Part shown: positions 47,992 to 62,333 of the stretch, in pieces
Layout: each line of letters begins with the position of its first letter
Position numbering within the stretch: the stretch's first letter is position 1
DNA from: an uncultured Gammaproteobacteria bacterium
GTDB taxonomy: Bacteria; Pseudomonadota; Gammaproteobacteria; Thiohalobacterales; Thiohalobacteraceae
Reading direction: 5' to 3'
Length of the DNA: 64,000 bases
NCBI GenBank assembly: GCA_963696465.1
Contig: CAVOKC010000005.1
Location: 37,562 to 101,561 of the forward strand
The notes under the pieces: generated by a model
Database searches by the model: none
What the model saw: the letters and a program-made list of their open reading frames with translations, nothing else
What the model was told of the DNA's origin: nothing
Position numbers and translations under genes: made by a program

Positions 47992-49208
47992 ATGCAGACC
48001 TCGCTCACGACAGCGTTCCTGAAAACAAACGAAGGCCAGGAGGCAGATGCCATCTTGCGCAGCTGTGTGCATTGCGGTTTCTGCACCGCGACCTGCCCGA
48101 CCTATCAGCTCTTGGGAGACGAACTCGACGGCCCGCGCGGACGCATCTATCTCATCAAGCAGATGCTCGAAGGTCAGCCGGTCACACGCGAGACGCAGTT
48201 GCATCTCGACCGTTGCCTGACCTGCCGCGCCTGCGAGACCACCTGCCCTTCGGGCGTTCGGTATGGACGGCTGGCCGACATCGGTCGCGGTATCGCCGAA
48301 CAGCAGATCAACCGTCCCTGGCTGGAGCGCCTGCTTTCGTCGCTTGCTGCGTGCGGTCATTCCATACGCCACGCGCTTCGGTGTACTGCTGCGCATTGGT
48401 CAGGCACTGCGACCTGCATTGCCGGCCGCACTGCGCCGCAAGATTCCTGCACGGCAAGCGCCTGGCGTCTGGCCGTTGCCACGGCATGCACGACGCATGC
48501 TGGTGCTCGCCGGCTGCGCGCAATCCAACACAACACCCAACACCAATGCCGCTACCGCACGCGTACTCGATCGGCTGGGAATATCACTCATCGTTGCACC
48601 CGCGGCAGGTTGCTGCGGCGCACTCAGCCATCATCTCAGTGCCGAGGATGAAGCCTTGAACTTCATGCGCCGCAACATCGATGCCTGGTGGCCGTCTATC
48701 GAGCAGCGGCATCGAGGCCATCGTCATGACCGCGAGTGGCTGCGGGGTGATGGTCAAGGATTACGGTGCGTTGCTCAAGGACGACACGACCTATGCAGCG
48801 AAGGCCGCCAAGGTCACGAGTTTGACGCGCGATCTGAGTGAAATACTCGCGACAGAGGATCTTTCCGCCTTGCGCGTATCCGGCAAAAAACGCCGCATCG
48901 CCTTCCACGCGCCCTGCACTTTGCAGCACGGCCAGAAATTGACTGGCGCGGTGGAAAGTATCCTGATGAAGTTGGGTTTCGAACTCACCGACGTGCACGA
49001 CGGCCATTTGTGCTGCGGCTCGGCGGGCAGCTATTCGCTGCTGCAGCCGGAACTGTCGATACGGTTGCGCGACAACAAGCTGAATGCGTTACAGGCTGAG
49101 ACACCGGAATTGATCGCGACGGCGAACGTAGGTTGTCAGTTGCATCTTGCCACCGGCAGTGATGTGCCGGTGCTGCATTGGATCGAACTGCTGGATACGC
49201 CTGCCTGA
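47992..49208 (+). pseudogene. glcF: glycolate oxidase iron-sulfur subunit GlcF (two frame breaks)
   Basis: CVHCGFCTATCP and CLTCRACETTCP ferredoxin motifs lie in ORF 47992... The middle part is in ORF 48263..48841 (LVLAGCAQSNTTPNTNAATARVLDRLGISL...GCCGALSHH). The C-terminal CCG domains are in ORF 48681..49208 (AFHAPCTLQHGQK, CCGSAGSYSLLQPE, ANVGCQLHL). Confidence 0.85.
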
Positions 49209-49385
49209 TCAGAAATTCAATAGACGCCGTTTTAGCGGCGGGCGTCCCTGCCCACCAACCGTCAGACCTTTGCCATGCTATCGAGAATGACCAGACACTT
49301 CGACCTACCCTCGAGCTCGGCGCTGAAACGCCACACCTCATTTCTCTCCCGCACAACGCACGCCTTCATGACGGCTAATTGGTCG

Positions 49386-50822
49386 TCAGACGATTTTGCA
49401 AACTGCGGATGAGAATGCGGACACTCCAACCGTGTTGTAAGCCCTCACTCGGAAGCAAACTTGCGCCCCGGTCTGTAAGTTCAGATCATTGGCCAAGGTT
49501 GTGTAGGTGGTTGATGTACCCGGCACAGTAGACGCAAAGGTGCTTACGGTGCTGGAGGTTGCGCCGTAATAAACATAATAACCCAGGACACCACCTGAAC
49601 TCGCACTCCAGGAGACGCTCAGGCTTTTGCTGGTCACGCTGGCGCAGGTCGAGCAGGTCACTTTGATCGATACCGTTGCTGTGGCTATATCACCATCGGC
49701 ATCCTTCACTCGATAGGTGAAGCTATCGCTGCCGGCGAATCCACTGGTGGGCGTATATAGAATTTTATTACCCGTTTGAACGCTGGCCTTGCCGTGTGAC
49801 GGTACAGAAATTACCGAGACGGTAACCGGTGTATTCGCCAACCCAGTGTCATTTGCCAACGGGCTGATTGTAACCGCCGTACCCGTGCTGCTAGCACTGT
49901 CATTGACCGCAACCGGTACCGTGTCGACACTCGTCGCCGCAGCGGTGTTCGTAGTCGTAGTCGTGCTCGTAGTGGTGCTGACAGGCGCATTGCTACCCGC
50001 CGTATAGGCCTGACTCACCTCGGTGGCAGTGAATGCACGATCGTAGATGGCAAGCCGATGGAAGCTGCCTAACCAGGGACGACCACCGGTCAGCTCATTG
50101 CCCAGCCCCAGCCGATAGGTACCATCCCAGTTACTGAAATCGCCGCCTCGGGTGGTCTGTAGCTTCTTGACGCCATTAAGATACAGCGTGACAGTGCCAC
50201 TGGCATTGCGGGTGTAAACCACATGCGTCAGGTTCGCACTGAGCGTACCTGCAGCACTGGAAACTTCCGGCTTCCCACTGGTGTCTGTATTGGTAGTACG
50301 CAGACGTACGTCGTAGCTAGCCTGCTCTTGGCCAAGGGTGAAGTTGCGCAGGGTGGGCTCCTTGGACAGCGTAAGAATGCGCGCTGGGCCATTCTGCGTC
50401 GTGTTGGCCGGCTGAACCCAGGCGTCGATCGTCACCGCATTGCTGACCTTGAGCGCAGTATTCACCTTGGTGGCGGCGATGCCGGAGGAAATCAGTGTAG
50501 CGGAATTGATTTTCAAGCTGCCGTAGGCAGACCAAGTCACTGCTGCCGGGTTGGCAATGGTCAGATTAAGGGGGAGTCCTGTCCCGCTGACGTCGTATAC
50601 CGTACTGCCACTGCCCTCATTGAACGTGTAGAGGACCAGTGGTGCGCTCCCAGCAACTGCGAGGCTGAAAGAACTCGACGCAGCGACCAAACCGCTAGCA
50701 AGGATGCATCGATATGCAACTCGCGCGACAATTCGACGGACCGTGCGCAAAATTTGCAAGGTGTATACAGCATTCGATTTATTAACCGATGAAACATTTA
50801 TTACATACGGCATGACTGGCAT
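49386..50822 (-). CDS. secreted multidomain surface protein: LamG/concanavalin-like + Thr-rich linker + cadherin/VCBS-like Ig + fibronectin type III
   Basis: 478-aa ORF. The LamG-like block is LVLYTFNEGSGSTVYDVSG...LTHVVYTRNASGTVTLYLNG...WLGSFHRLAIYDRAFT. The linker is TTTSTTTTTNTAAATS. The VPVAVNDSASSTGTAVTISPLANDTG...DSFTYRVKDADGDIATATVSIKV domain follows. The FN3-like C-terminus is LSVSWSAS...GYYVYYG...FRVRAYN. The gene and its upstream spacer are visibly less GC-rich than neighbouring genes. Confidence 0.7.
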   Translation of the reverse strand: MPVMPYVINVSSVNKSNAVYTLQILRTVRRIVARVAYRCILASGLVAASSSFSLAVAGSAPLVLYTFNEGSGSTVYDVSGTGLPLNLTIANPAAVTWSAYGSLKINSATLISSGIAATKVNTALKVSNAVTIDAWVQPANTTQNGPARILTLSKEPTLRNFTLGQEQASYDVRLRTTNTDTSGKPEVSSAAGTLSANLTHVVYTRNASGTVTLYLNGVKKLQTTRGGDFSNWDGTYRLGLGNELTGGRPWLGSFHRLAIYDRAFTATEVSQAYTAGSNAPVSTTTSTTTTTNTAAATSVDTVPVAVNDSASSTGTAVTISPLANDTGLANTPVTVSVISVPSHGKASVQTGNKILYTPTSGFAGSDSFTYRVKDADGDIATATVSIKVTCSTCASVTSKSLSVSWSASSGGVLGYYVYYGATSSTVSTFASTVPGTSTTYTTLANDLNLQTGAQVCFRVRAYNTVGVSAFSSAVCKIV

Positions 50823-51394
50823 CTGCTATTGGCTCAACTCGACGCGAATCCTACCAATGCAAGACAGCAGACTATGTGACTCGTGTCTCAATGCGAGCCA
50901 TTGCCTATCAGAGTGTTGAATCATTTCGTGTTACATAATATCGACGATTGTAATAACTGCTAACAAGCACGCTTGATCTTGCTCAAGATGATCCGCTGCT
51001 ATTCAGATGTTTGGTCGTAGAAAAGAATGCGGCAATCATTGCGCCCACGCAGGGCAATGCAACATGAAACAAACTAAGTAGTGGGATTTGATTCCAGGTG
51101 AGGTACACCCAGATGTTTCCGGACGAAGAAAATTATCTGGTTGAATGCACCATCTAACAACGGCATCTACAAATATGTTCTAACGTCGCGATGCATGGAT
51201 CGGCGCTGGATGTGATAACTCACGACTGGAGGTTGACCATTAGGTCAGGTCATAGCCTGGCCAGTATTGCCAGACTATGACGCTGTGGACTTTGCGCAGA
51301 TTGAGGGTAAACCCGCGTTTGATGTGTATGACCCTTACTTACTTCTAAAATAAATCATACTTTTACCGGCGACTCCCGACCTCTGACCTAAGGA

Positions 51395-51877
51395 TCAGTG
51401 GTTATGTCCACCCGGACCATGGACATGGCCATGCTCCATTTCTTCCTCTGAGGCGTCGCGCACATCGACGATGGTGACGTCGAAATTGAGTGTCTGACCG
51501 GCCAGCGGATGATTGCCGTCGACTGTGATATGCGTTTCGGTCACACCGACCACGGTCACCACATGCATATTGTCGCCATCGCTGGCGTGGAATTGCATGC
51601 CGACCTGGATCTCGTCCGCACCGTCGAACATTTCCCGCGGGACTTCCTGTTGCATGGCATCGTTGCGCTCACCATAGCCTTCACCGGGTGCGACCGAAAC
51701 CTGCAGCGAATCGCCCGCCTGTTTGCCGGCGAGCGCATTTTCCAAGCCGGGAATGATGTTGTTCATACCCTGGATATAGGCCATCGGCTCGCCGCCTTTG
51801 GAACTGTCGATGACGGTACCTTGGTCGTCGGTGAGTGTGTAGTCGATGATCACGACCTTGTGCTTGGCAACTTGCAT
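51395..51877 (-). CDS. slyD: FKBP-type peptidyl-prolyl isomerase/metallochaperone SlyD
   Basis: From ATG 51877: MQVAKHKVVIIDYTLTDDQGTVIDSSKGGEPMAYIQGMNNIIPGLENALAGKQAGDSLQVSV...HITVDGNHPLAGQTLNFDVTIVDVRDASEEEMEHGHVHGPGGHNH. It is collinear with SlyD, including a short His-rich tail. Confidence 0.85.
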   Translation of the reverse strand: MQVAKHKVVIIDYTLTDDQGTVIDSSKGGEPMAYIQGMNNIIPGLENALAGKQAGDSLQVSVAPGEGYGERNDAMQQEVPREMFDGADEIQVGMQFHASDGDNMHVVTVVGVTETHITVDGNHPLAGQTLNFDVTIVDVRDASEEEMEHGHVHGPGGHNH

Positions 51878-52424
51878 GACGGGAGTACCTGCTCGAAAAA
51901 AGGAGGGCACATTGTAGTAGTTCAGCCCGCGCCTGCCAATGACAGCAGTCGTCGACATCCGCCAGGCTGCTGGGTATTAACCGGTGTATATCCGGGGCCA
52001 GCGGTGAAATATCAACAGGATGGAAGCCGATAGTGGTGTCGGCTAAGAACACCGCCGACGCCATGTGACAACATTACGACTCGAGCGATGGGTGAGATAT
52101 ACAGGAGATCTCTGCCCCAGCCGCCGCCACCGATAGCCGCATCGTGGTGATGCCAGCGCTCCGCAATTCACCCACGATTCTGGCCGTAATGCGACTCTAT
52201 GGTGTTGTGACCCCGATCCATCTGGCCGTATCTCAAAATGATGCGGCCTACGGAGGTAGCCAGTGAACTACTTATGATGGTGCATGCTGTACTCACATGC
52301 AAGGTGCACGCAGAAACTATTACCGCCTGAGGCAATGCCGCAGATCCCGCCAGAGCGCACTGTGATAATGCGATGAACCTTATATTTGGCTATCTCCGAG
52401 TAAAGCGCCGGAACCGCGCAGCAG

Positions 52425-52757
52425 TTACATGGAGGCTAGAAACTGATCGAGGACTTCCTGGTCGCGCGGGGAAATATCGATGACTTGAAAGCCGATCCAA
52501 AACTGTTCCTGGTCGTCGGTGGCATTGCACCAAAGAGTCTCGGCGCCGAAATACAGGGTCTTCACGCCGTGAATGATTCTCGGGAGTGACATACTTAATT
52601 GGAAGACCAAGTGGGCAGGTCGCGGATCGTGGCTCAACACCATGAACCCTGCAGTGGAAATATTTGCCAGGTCGCCCACCAGCACGCCGGTATTGACGTC
52701 GATCACCGGCAGACGAACCGCCACGTCCACGCGCATCTGTTTACGTTTGTCGGACAT
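52425..52757 (-). CDS. PilZ domain protein
   Basis: 110-aa ORF with RxxxR (KRKQMR) and D/NxSxxG (NISTAG) c-di-GMP-binding signatures at the correct spacing. Confidence 0.75.
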   Translation of the reverse strand: MSDKRKQMRVDVAVRLPVIDVNTGVLVGDLANISTAGFMVLSHDPRPAHLVFQLSMSLPRIIHGVKTLYFGAETLWCNATDDQEQFWIGFQVIDISPRDQEVLDQFLASM

Positions 52758-52796
52758 AAATCTCCCCAGTCGAACTGTGCACCGACGCTGCGGCGG

Positions 52797-55096
52797 TCAG
52801 GCCATGGTTTCCGTTTTAGTGCGTCCCACCCAGGTCAGGATCGTCTCCAGCGCCCGATCGAGGAACGGTTTATTTAGCATCGGCAGGAGGCGTGCATCTC
52901 CGGAGCACATCATGCGCGCGAGATCGAGCCAGTTGAATTCCGCCACCTTCACGCCCATCGCATCGACAAACATGTAGTTCGACGAAATCTTGCTATACCA
53001 GGCCAGTTTCAGACGCCGCTGACGGGTATCTTCAGTCGCGGCGAACTCGAACCAGGTATCGAAATCCAATCCGCCCAACAGATCGACCATCTCCTGCATT
53101 TCATCCGACAGCGTCACCTCCTCCTCAGAAGCTGGGGCGGGAATCGGCGGAACATCCGGTGCCGGCATCGCGACATCCGGAACAAGCACGGGCTTGGCCA
53201 GCGCCAGATCCTGCCAGTCGCAGATCTGCGCAAATATCCGGTCATTGTCGTGGCGCCCATAGGCCTGTAATTCATCCAGGCCCGCGCGCAGATCGGCGCG
53301 CAATTTAGGCAGGGCATCGTGGAGACGGTCACGTTCGGCCTGCTCTGTATGCAGCCCCATGCTCCAGGCCAGATCCCAGGCCAGCTTTGCAGCCAGTACC
53401 CACGCAGGGCTCATTTCAGCATCGTGTTCACGCAGCAGGATGAACGTGAGTTTTTCCGCCCATACCTGTCGCATAAAGGCCTGTGCATCCGCCGCCAAGT
53501 GCCTCATGTACAGGCAAGCGCCGATTTCGTTATTGGCCCGGTTACGCGCAATCTGTAGCCGCGCTTGACCGTCGGCGGCCTCCACCGTGCGATGTTCGAT
53601 CACCTGCGCCTTCTGTTCGACATCGCGCAGATGCGCTGAAAAATCGGCCAGCAGTTCGTCGAATAGGCTTAGATCATCTTTGAAGTCACGCAGGATGCGT
53701 TCGACCACCGCGCGCATGCCGGGAAAGATGCCGCGCTCCAGATTTTCTTCCGTCACCCATTTAGAACCGGCATCCACCATCACATCCAGAAGACGCCGGC
53801 ATGGATGATTTTTTTCTGTAAATAATTGCCGATCGAGAATCGCCACCTTGAGGAAGGGTGTATGCAGCCGGCTCAGCAGCGCCTTTGCGGCATTCGGTAA
53901 GCGCTCGTCCTGTAGCATGTATTCGAACAACATGCCGACCAGATCGATGAGATCCGCATCCGCGCCAGCCACTTTGCGGCGGTCGACGCCGCCGTACAGG
54001 CGTTGCCGTTCCTCCGCAAACGTCGTTCTGATTTTCCCCAGCAGATCCTTGTCAGTACCGATATTATCGATGACCTCGCTGTGGAAACGTGCGGAGGATT
54101 CGGTATCGCTGTATTCGTGCTGGATATTATGGATAGTGCCCAGAATGGTCGCCCGCGAGGTGGCCGCAACGACATCGCTGATCACATCACCCGAGGCTGA
54201 TCCAACGGTTCCAGGCGCATAGGTACCACTACCACCGCGACCACGCGCCATCATTTCGAGAATTGCCTGAAAGGCCTCCTCGCCGACCGACTGCGCCATA
54301 GCCGTTCCAGCCGCCTTCGTCGTATCCGCGCCTTTCGGCCCCGGGGCCGGACCTGTTGCCGGCGTCACCCGTCGGGGATCGTGCTGCTTGCGGATTTCAT
54401 ATTTGAGGTTTGGCAGAACCCCGGCATCGACCAGGCGCCGGTTGTATTCGTCGTAATCCCGGCAAGCTCGCGCATTACATAACGATCGAACACGGCATAG
54501 ATCACCATGCGGGTCTTGCCGTCCATGTCCAGCAGATTGAAGGCACTGCGCGCGGCCTCGGCCACCAGCACCGGCCCACCGGGCAGAGCCGCCTCGGGCA
54601 CGCGGGAACCACCATTGATCACAGCGAGCCGTTGATTGAGACCATACAGATGCTCGCTGTAATTGGCGTTGGCCTTGGCGATCATATTCTGCACCGGCAA
54701 GGCCGCTTCGACTTCGAGCTTATCGACCAAGCTTAATTTCGGTATCGTCTTGCCGTCCGGATTTTGCGCTGCGGACCTCGCGCTGACGTTACCGTCGATG
54801 AAATCCCGGAAGCCGGCGTCGACGGATTTATGAAAGGCCCGTTCGATGTCGTCGTGCTTGCGTTTAAAATCCTGCATGGCCTCGAAGAACTTGCTCTGCA
54901 TGGCATTGCTTTCAGCCTTGCTGGCGAACTCCAGCAGCGCAATGTCGCCGTTCTCCAGCAGTTCCTGGAACAACGGCACCAGATGACTGCGCACCATCTC
55001 GCGGCAGCCCTGCATAAGTTCCCTAAAGCGCGGCGGGAGCGTTCCAGTTCGAGAGTAATCGTGTGAATTCATAACCGTCCTGTGCACCGCAGACAC
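52797..55096 (-). pseudogene. DUF1631 family protein (~760 aa), one frame break near 54460
   Basis: ORFs 54365..55096 and 52797..54368 are collinear parts of one protein. The frame of the downstream ORF, read upstream of its Met, continues with ...DEYNRRLVDAGVLPNLKYEIRKQHDP-like sequence. The family call is from memory of Pseudomonas/Xanthomonas DUF1631 proteins. Confidence 0.55.
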
Positions 55097-55236
55097 CTGT
55101 ATAGTATCAACTATCGGCGGTTGGGTAGTGAATGATCGGCTGTCGGACCAGCAACTTTAAAGTACCGCAAATCGTTCGGCGTCGCGACCGTTTCAGACGG
55201 GAACGGGTTCTGTAGGAGCGGTACATGCCTGCAGGC

Positions 55237-58151
<2,915 letters not shown>

Positions 58152-58154
58152 ATC

Positions 58155-61100
58155 GCTTCGCTCTGCGCCTTACGAGCGACCAGTTGCACGGCCTCGTCGA
58201 CATCCACCGCCACCAGCCGCGACACACCCGCTTCATGCATGGTCACGCCGGTGAGCTGGTTGGCCATTTCCATGGTGGTCTTGTTGTGGGTGATGTAGAT
58301 GAACTGCACGCGCTCGGACATTTCGCGCACCAGCGCGCAGAAGCGGCCGACGTTGGCGTCGTCGAGCGGCGCGTCGACCTCGTCGAGCATGCAGAACGGC
58401 GAGGGATTGAGTTCGAAGATCGCGAACACCAGCGCCACGGCGGTCAGCGCCTTCTCGCCGCCGGACAGCAGAGTGAATATTGCTGATGCGTTTGCCGGGC
58501 GGCCGCGCCATGATGGCGATACCGGTATCGAGCAGGTCTTCGCCGATCAGTTCCAGATGCGCCTGACCGCCGCCGAACAGGCGCGGGAACATGCGACTGC
58601 AAACCGTTATTGACCTTGTCGAAGGTTTCCTGGAAACGCGTGCGGGTCTCGCGATCGATTTTGCGGATGGCGTTTTCCAGCGTCTCCAGCGCCTCGGTCA
58701 GATCGGCATTCTGCGCGTCCAGATAGGTCTTGCGCTGACTTTGCTCGGCGAATTCGTCGATGGCGGCGAGATTGATCGGACCCAGGCGCTGAATGCGCGC
58801 GGCGATGCGTTCCATATTTTCGTGCCAGAGCGGTCTATCCGCCTCCGGCGGCAGTGCGGCCAGCAAAGTCTGCAACTCGATCTCGGTCTCGGCGAGTTGT
58901 TCCAGCAAGCGTCTGGCGGCGGACCTTGATCTCCTGCCAGGCGAGCCGTTCTTGCTCCAGCGCGCTGCGCAGTTCCTGGGCGAAAACGTTTCGTGATTGT
59001 GACGTTCCTGCTCGTGGTCGACGCAGCGCCTCTTCGATCTCCTCGCGATGGTGACGGCGCCGTGGTCAGTTCGGCTTCGACCTGCGATACGCTTGGCGAG
59101 CCAGCGTTTCCAGTTCCTGTGCGAGTGCGGCGAGCGGTACTCGCGCGTCGGCGACGGCGGCGCGCAAATGCACGCTGCGTTCATTCAAGGCGACCTGCTG
59201 TCCTGCATACGTTTCAGGTTCTGTTCCGGACCGGCACGCGCCGCGCGTTGCGATTCGATGCGCAAGGCCAGTTCATGCGCGCTGTTGCGGCAGTTGCGGG
59301 CCTGTTCGCGTGCCTCATCGAGGCGCGTGACGCAGTTCGTCGCGCTGGGCATTGAGCGGCGCGCGTTCCTGGGTGTTCGCCTCCATCAGGTCGAGCGCCT
59401 GCTGCAGGCGTTCGTGCGCGGTGCGCTGTTCATCCTGATCGTGGCTGATCTGCGCGCCGATTTCCTCGCAGTTCCTGGCGCACGCGGACTCGCGCGCCTC
59501 GCCTGTGCCAGACGGGTGCGCCGCGCGCCGAGCTGGGCTTGTGATTCGGCATGCTGGCGGTGCGCGATATTGAGTTCGAGTTGAATGGCATCGCGCTGTT
59601 GCTCCAGCTCGACCAATTGCGCGCGGCCCTGTGCTTCGTTCTTCCAGTGCGCCGACGCGCTGCCTCAATGTATCAGTTGCGCCTGCAACTCGGCGATTTC
59701 TTTTTCCCGCGCCAGCACGCCCTGGCGTCTCATCCGCATCGCGCGCCACGCGCAACCAGTTGCGACCCAGCCAGACGCCGTCGCGGGTGATGACGGATTC
59801 GTGCGCGTCCAATTGGCCGCGCAGTTTCAGCGCGTCCTGATCAGGCTGTCGGCGCAGTAGACGCCGCCGAGCAATGCACCGAGCGAGCGAGGATTGCGAC
59901 TTGCACAGCATGGTGACAGCGGTGTGCAGTGGCCGGCGACGGCGGCTGGTGGCGCGAGCGATCGAACAGCGAGAGCGAACCGTGCTGCAGACCCGCTCAG
60001 CACACCCGCCACGGCATCGATGCCATCCACACACACGGCTTCCAGATAATCGCCGAGCACGGTTTCGAGGCGCGTTCCCATTCCGGCGCGATGCGGACCT
60101 GTTGCGCCAGGCGCGGCGCACTCGCCGAGTCCCTGACCGTTCAGCCAATCGCTGACCGCGCCGGCATTGCGACCCAATGCGGCCTGCTGCAAGGCCTGCA
60201 GTGAAACCAGACGGCCGTGCGTGTCCTGCTATTCGGCCGCGCGCGCTAGTAGTTCGACGGGTGATGCTGCTGGTACTGTTCGCGGCGTGCGGTGAGTTGT
60301 TCGGCAGGATTCCTGCACCAGAATTGAGTTGCTGGAAGGCCTGCTGCGGCCGTGGCTTCCGGTTGCTCGACCTGCGGCGATCTCGTCGAACAGGCTGGCT
60401 GGATGCGATGCGTGGCGCGCTCTTCTTCCAGACGCGTGCGGCGCTGGTCGAGTTGGCCGAGGTGACGATCGAACTGATCGATGCGCGCGCGCTCGACTTC
60501 GCTGATGCGGGTCGGTTCGGCGGCGCGCTGGTTGAATTCTTCCCACGCGGACTGCCAGTCGTGCATGGACTGCTCGGCGCTGTTCAGACGGGCGGTGGCC
60601 TCGCTTCTCGGCCACGCGGGCCTGTAGCCCATGCCGGGCGTTTCGTCCAGGGTCTCGTGCCATTTCGGTGAGTGCGTTGCTGTCATGCTCGATGTGCGCT
60701 GTACATCCTGTTGAGGCCTGTTCGGCCTGGGCCAGATCCTGCTGCTGGCGTGCGCGGGTGTCCTTGGCGTGCTGGATGCTCTGTTCGAGGCGGGCGATGT
60801 CGGCGCCCACGCCATAGAAGCGGCCCTGCACAACATTGAAGGCATCGTTGGCTTCGGTGTGCGCGTCGCGGGCCTTCTCGATGGCGGCCTCCATGCGCGC
60901 GCTGATCGGCGATCACGCCTTCCAGGCGCGTCTCCGCTCGCTGATGGCGCGTTCCTGGCGTGCCGCCGGCTTCTTCCAGTGCGCGCAGGCGCAGCGCCAG
61001 CAGTTCGGCCTTGACCTGACGCTCTTCCTGTTTCAGTTCTTTGTACTTCTCGGCGGCCTTGCGCTTGGCGCTGCAGATGCGTCCAGCTGCTTCTCGATTT

Positions 61101-61700
61101 CATCGCGCAGATCGTTGAGGCGCGCCATGTTCTCGCGTGTGCTGTGGATACGGCTCTCGGTTTCCTTGCGGCGTTCTTTGTATTTGGAGATGCCGGCGGC
61201 CTCTTCCAGGAACACGCGCAGTTCTTCCGGGCTTGGCCTCGATCAGACGCGAGATCATGCCCTGCTCGATGATGGCATAGCTGCGCGGACCAAGGCCGGT
61301 GCCGAGGAAGATGTCGGTGATGTCACGGCGGCGGCAGCGCGTGCCGTTGAGGAAGTACACCGACTGGCCGTCACGCGATACCTGGCGCTTGATGGAAATT
61401 TCGGCGTAGCTGGCGTACTGGCCGCCCAGGCCTGCCGTCGCTGTTGTCGAACACCAGTTCAATGGTGGCATGACCGACCGGTTTGCGGGCGCTGGAGCCG
61501 TTGAAGATGACGTCGGCCATGGACTCGCCGCGCAGCTGCTTGGCCGAGCTTTCGCCCATGACCCAGCGTACGGCGTCGATGACGTTGGATTTGCCGCAAC
61601 CGTTCGGCCCGACGATGCCGATCAGATTGCTCGGCATGTGGATGGTGGTGGGGTCGACGAACGATTTGAAGCCGGCCAGTTTGATTTTAGTCAGGCGCAT
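58155..61700 (-). pseudogene. smc: chromosome segregation protein SMC, more than 10 frame breaks (3' end approximate)
   Basis: ATG 61700 gives [50 protein letters not shown]. Coiled-coil fragments lie in many frames. The C-terminal head is [77 protein letters not shown]. Confidence 0.85.
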
Positions 61701-61927
61701 GGGCCGGAAAAATACAAGACTCAACCCGTAATGTACAAGGATTGACAGACCCGCCTCGCTCTGCGCCAGCGCTTGCCCGGCATGCGCCCGATAAGCGCCC
61801 GTCAAATCACCGGACGCGAGATCGCAGCCGGCCCGGAGGAGGCGCCGCAAACGACTTGTTTTTGCTTGTATCCGAGCGGGTATCCCGCCTTGTATCAGGG
61901 GGTGCGCCTCCTGTATCTTTGCGCGCC

Positions 61928-62317
61928 ATGAGCACCCAACCCAGCAAAGACCTCGAGACCTTCGCCAACCCGCAGCCGGGTCGCGATTACACCATCCGCA
62001 TCCGTATGCCGGAGTTCACCTGCCTGTGCCCGAAAACCGGCCAGCCGGACTTCGCCACGCTGCATTTGGAATACATTCCGGAGACGCTGTGCGTGGAGCT
62101 GAAATCACTCAAGCTCTACATCTGGTCGTTCCGCGACGAAGGCGCATTCCATGAGGACGTGACCAACCGCATCCTGGACGATCTGGTCGCCGCCACCGCT
62201 CCGCGCTTCATGCGCCTGACGGCCGAATTCATGGTCCGCGGCGGCATCTACACCACCGTCGTCGCCGAACACCGCGCCGCGACCTGGCAGCCGGCCATCA
62301 AGGTCGAACTGCCGTAA
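61928..62317 (+). CDS. queF: NADPH-dependent 7-cyano-7-deazaguanine reductase (type I QueF)
   Basis: From ATG 61928: [76 protein letters not shown]. The catalytic Cys and the QueF motif E(L)KS.KLY are present. Confidence 0.85.
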   Translation: MSTQPSKDLETFANPQPGRDYTIRIRMPEFTCLCPKTGQPDFATLHLEYIPETLCVELKSLKLYIWSFRDEGAFHEDVTNRILDDLVAATAPRFMRLTAEFMVRGGIYTTVVAEHRAATWQPAIKVELP

Positions 62318-62333
62318 CTCCGCTCAGGCCCAC

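Noticed and set aside
50823-51394. AT-rich 570-nt spacer scanned for small genes, toxin-antitoxin remnants or ncRNA
   Set aside because: It holds only very short ORFs without SD sequences, with no convincing stem-loops, promoters or repeat matches. It is left unannotated.
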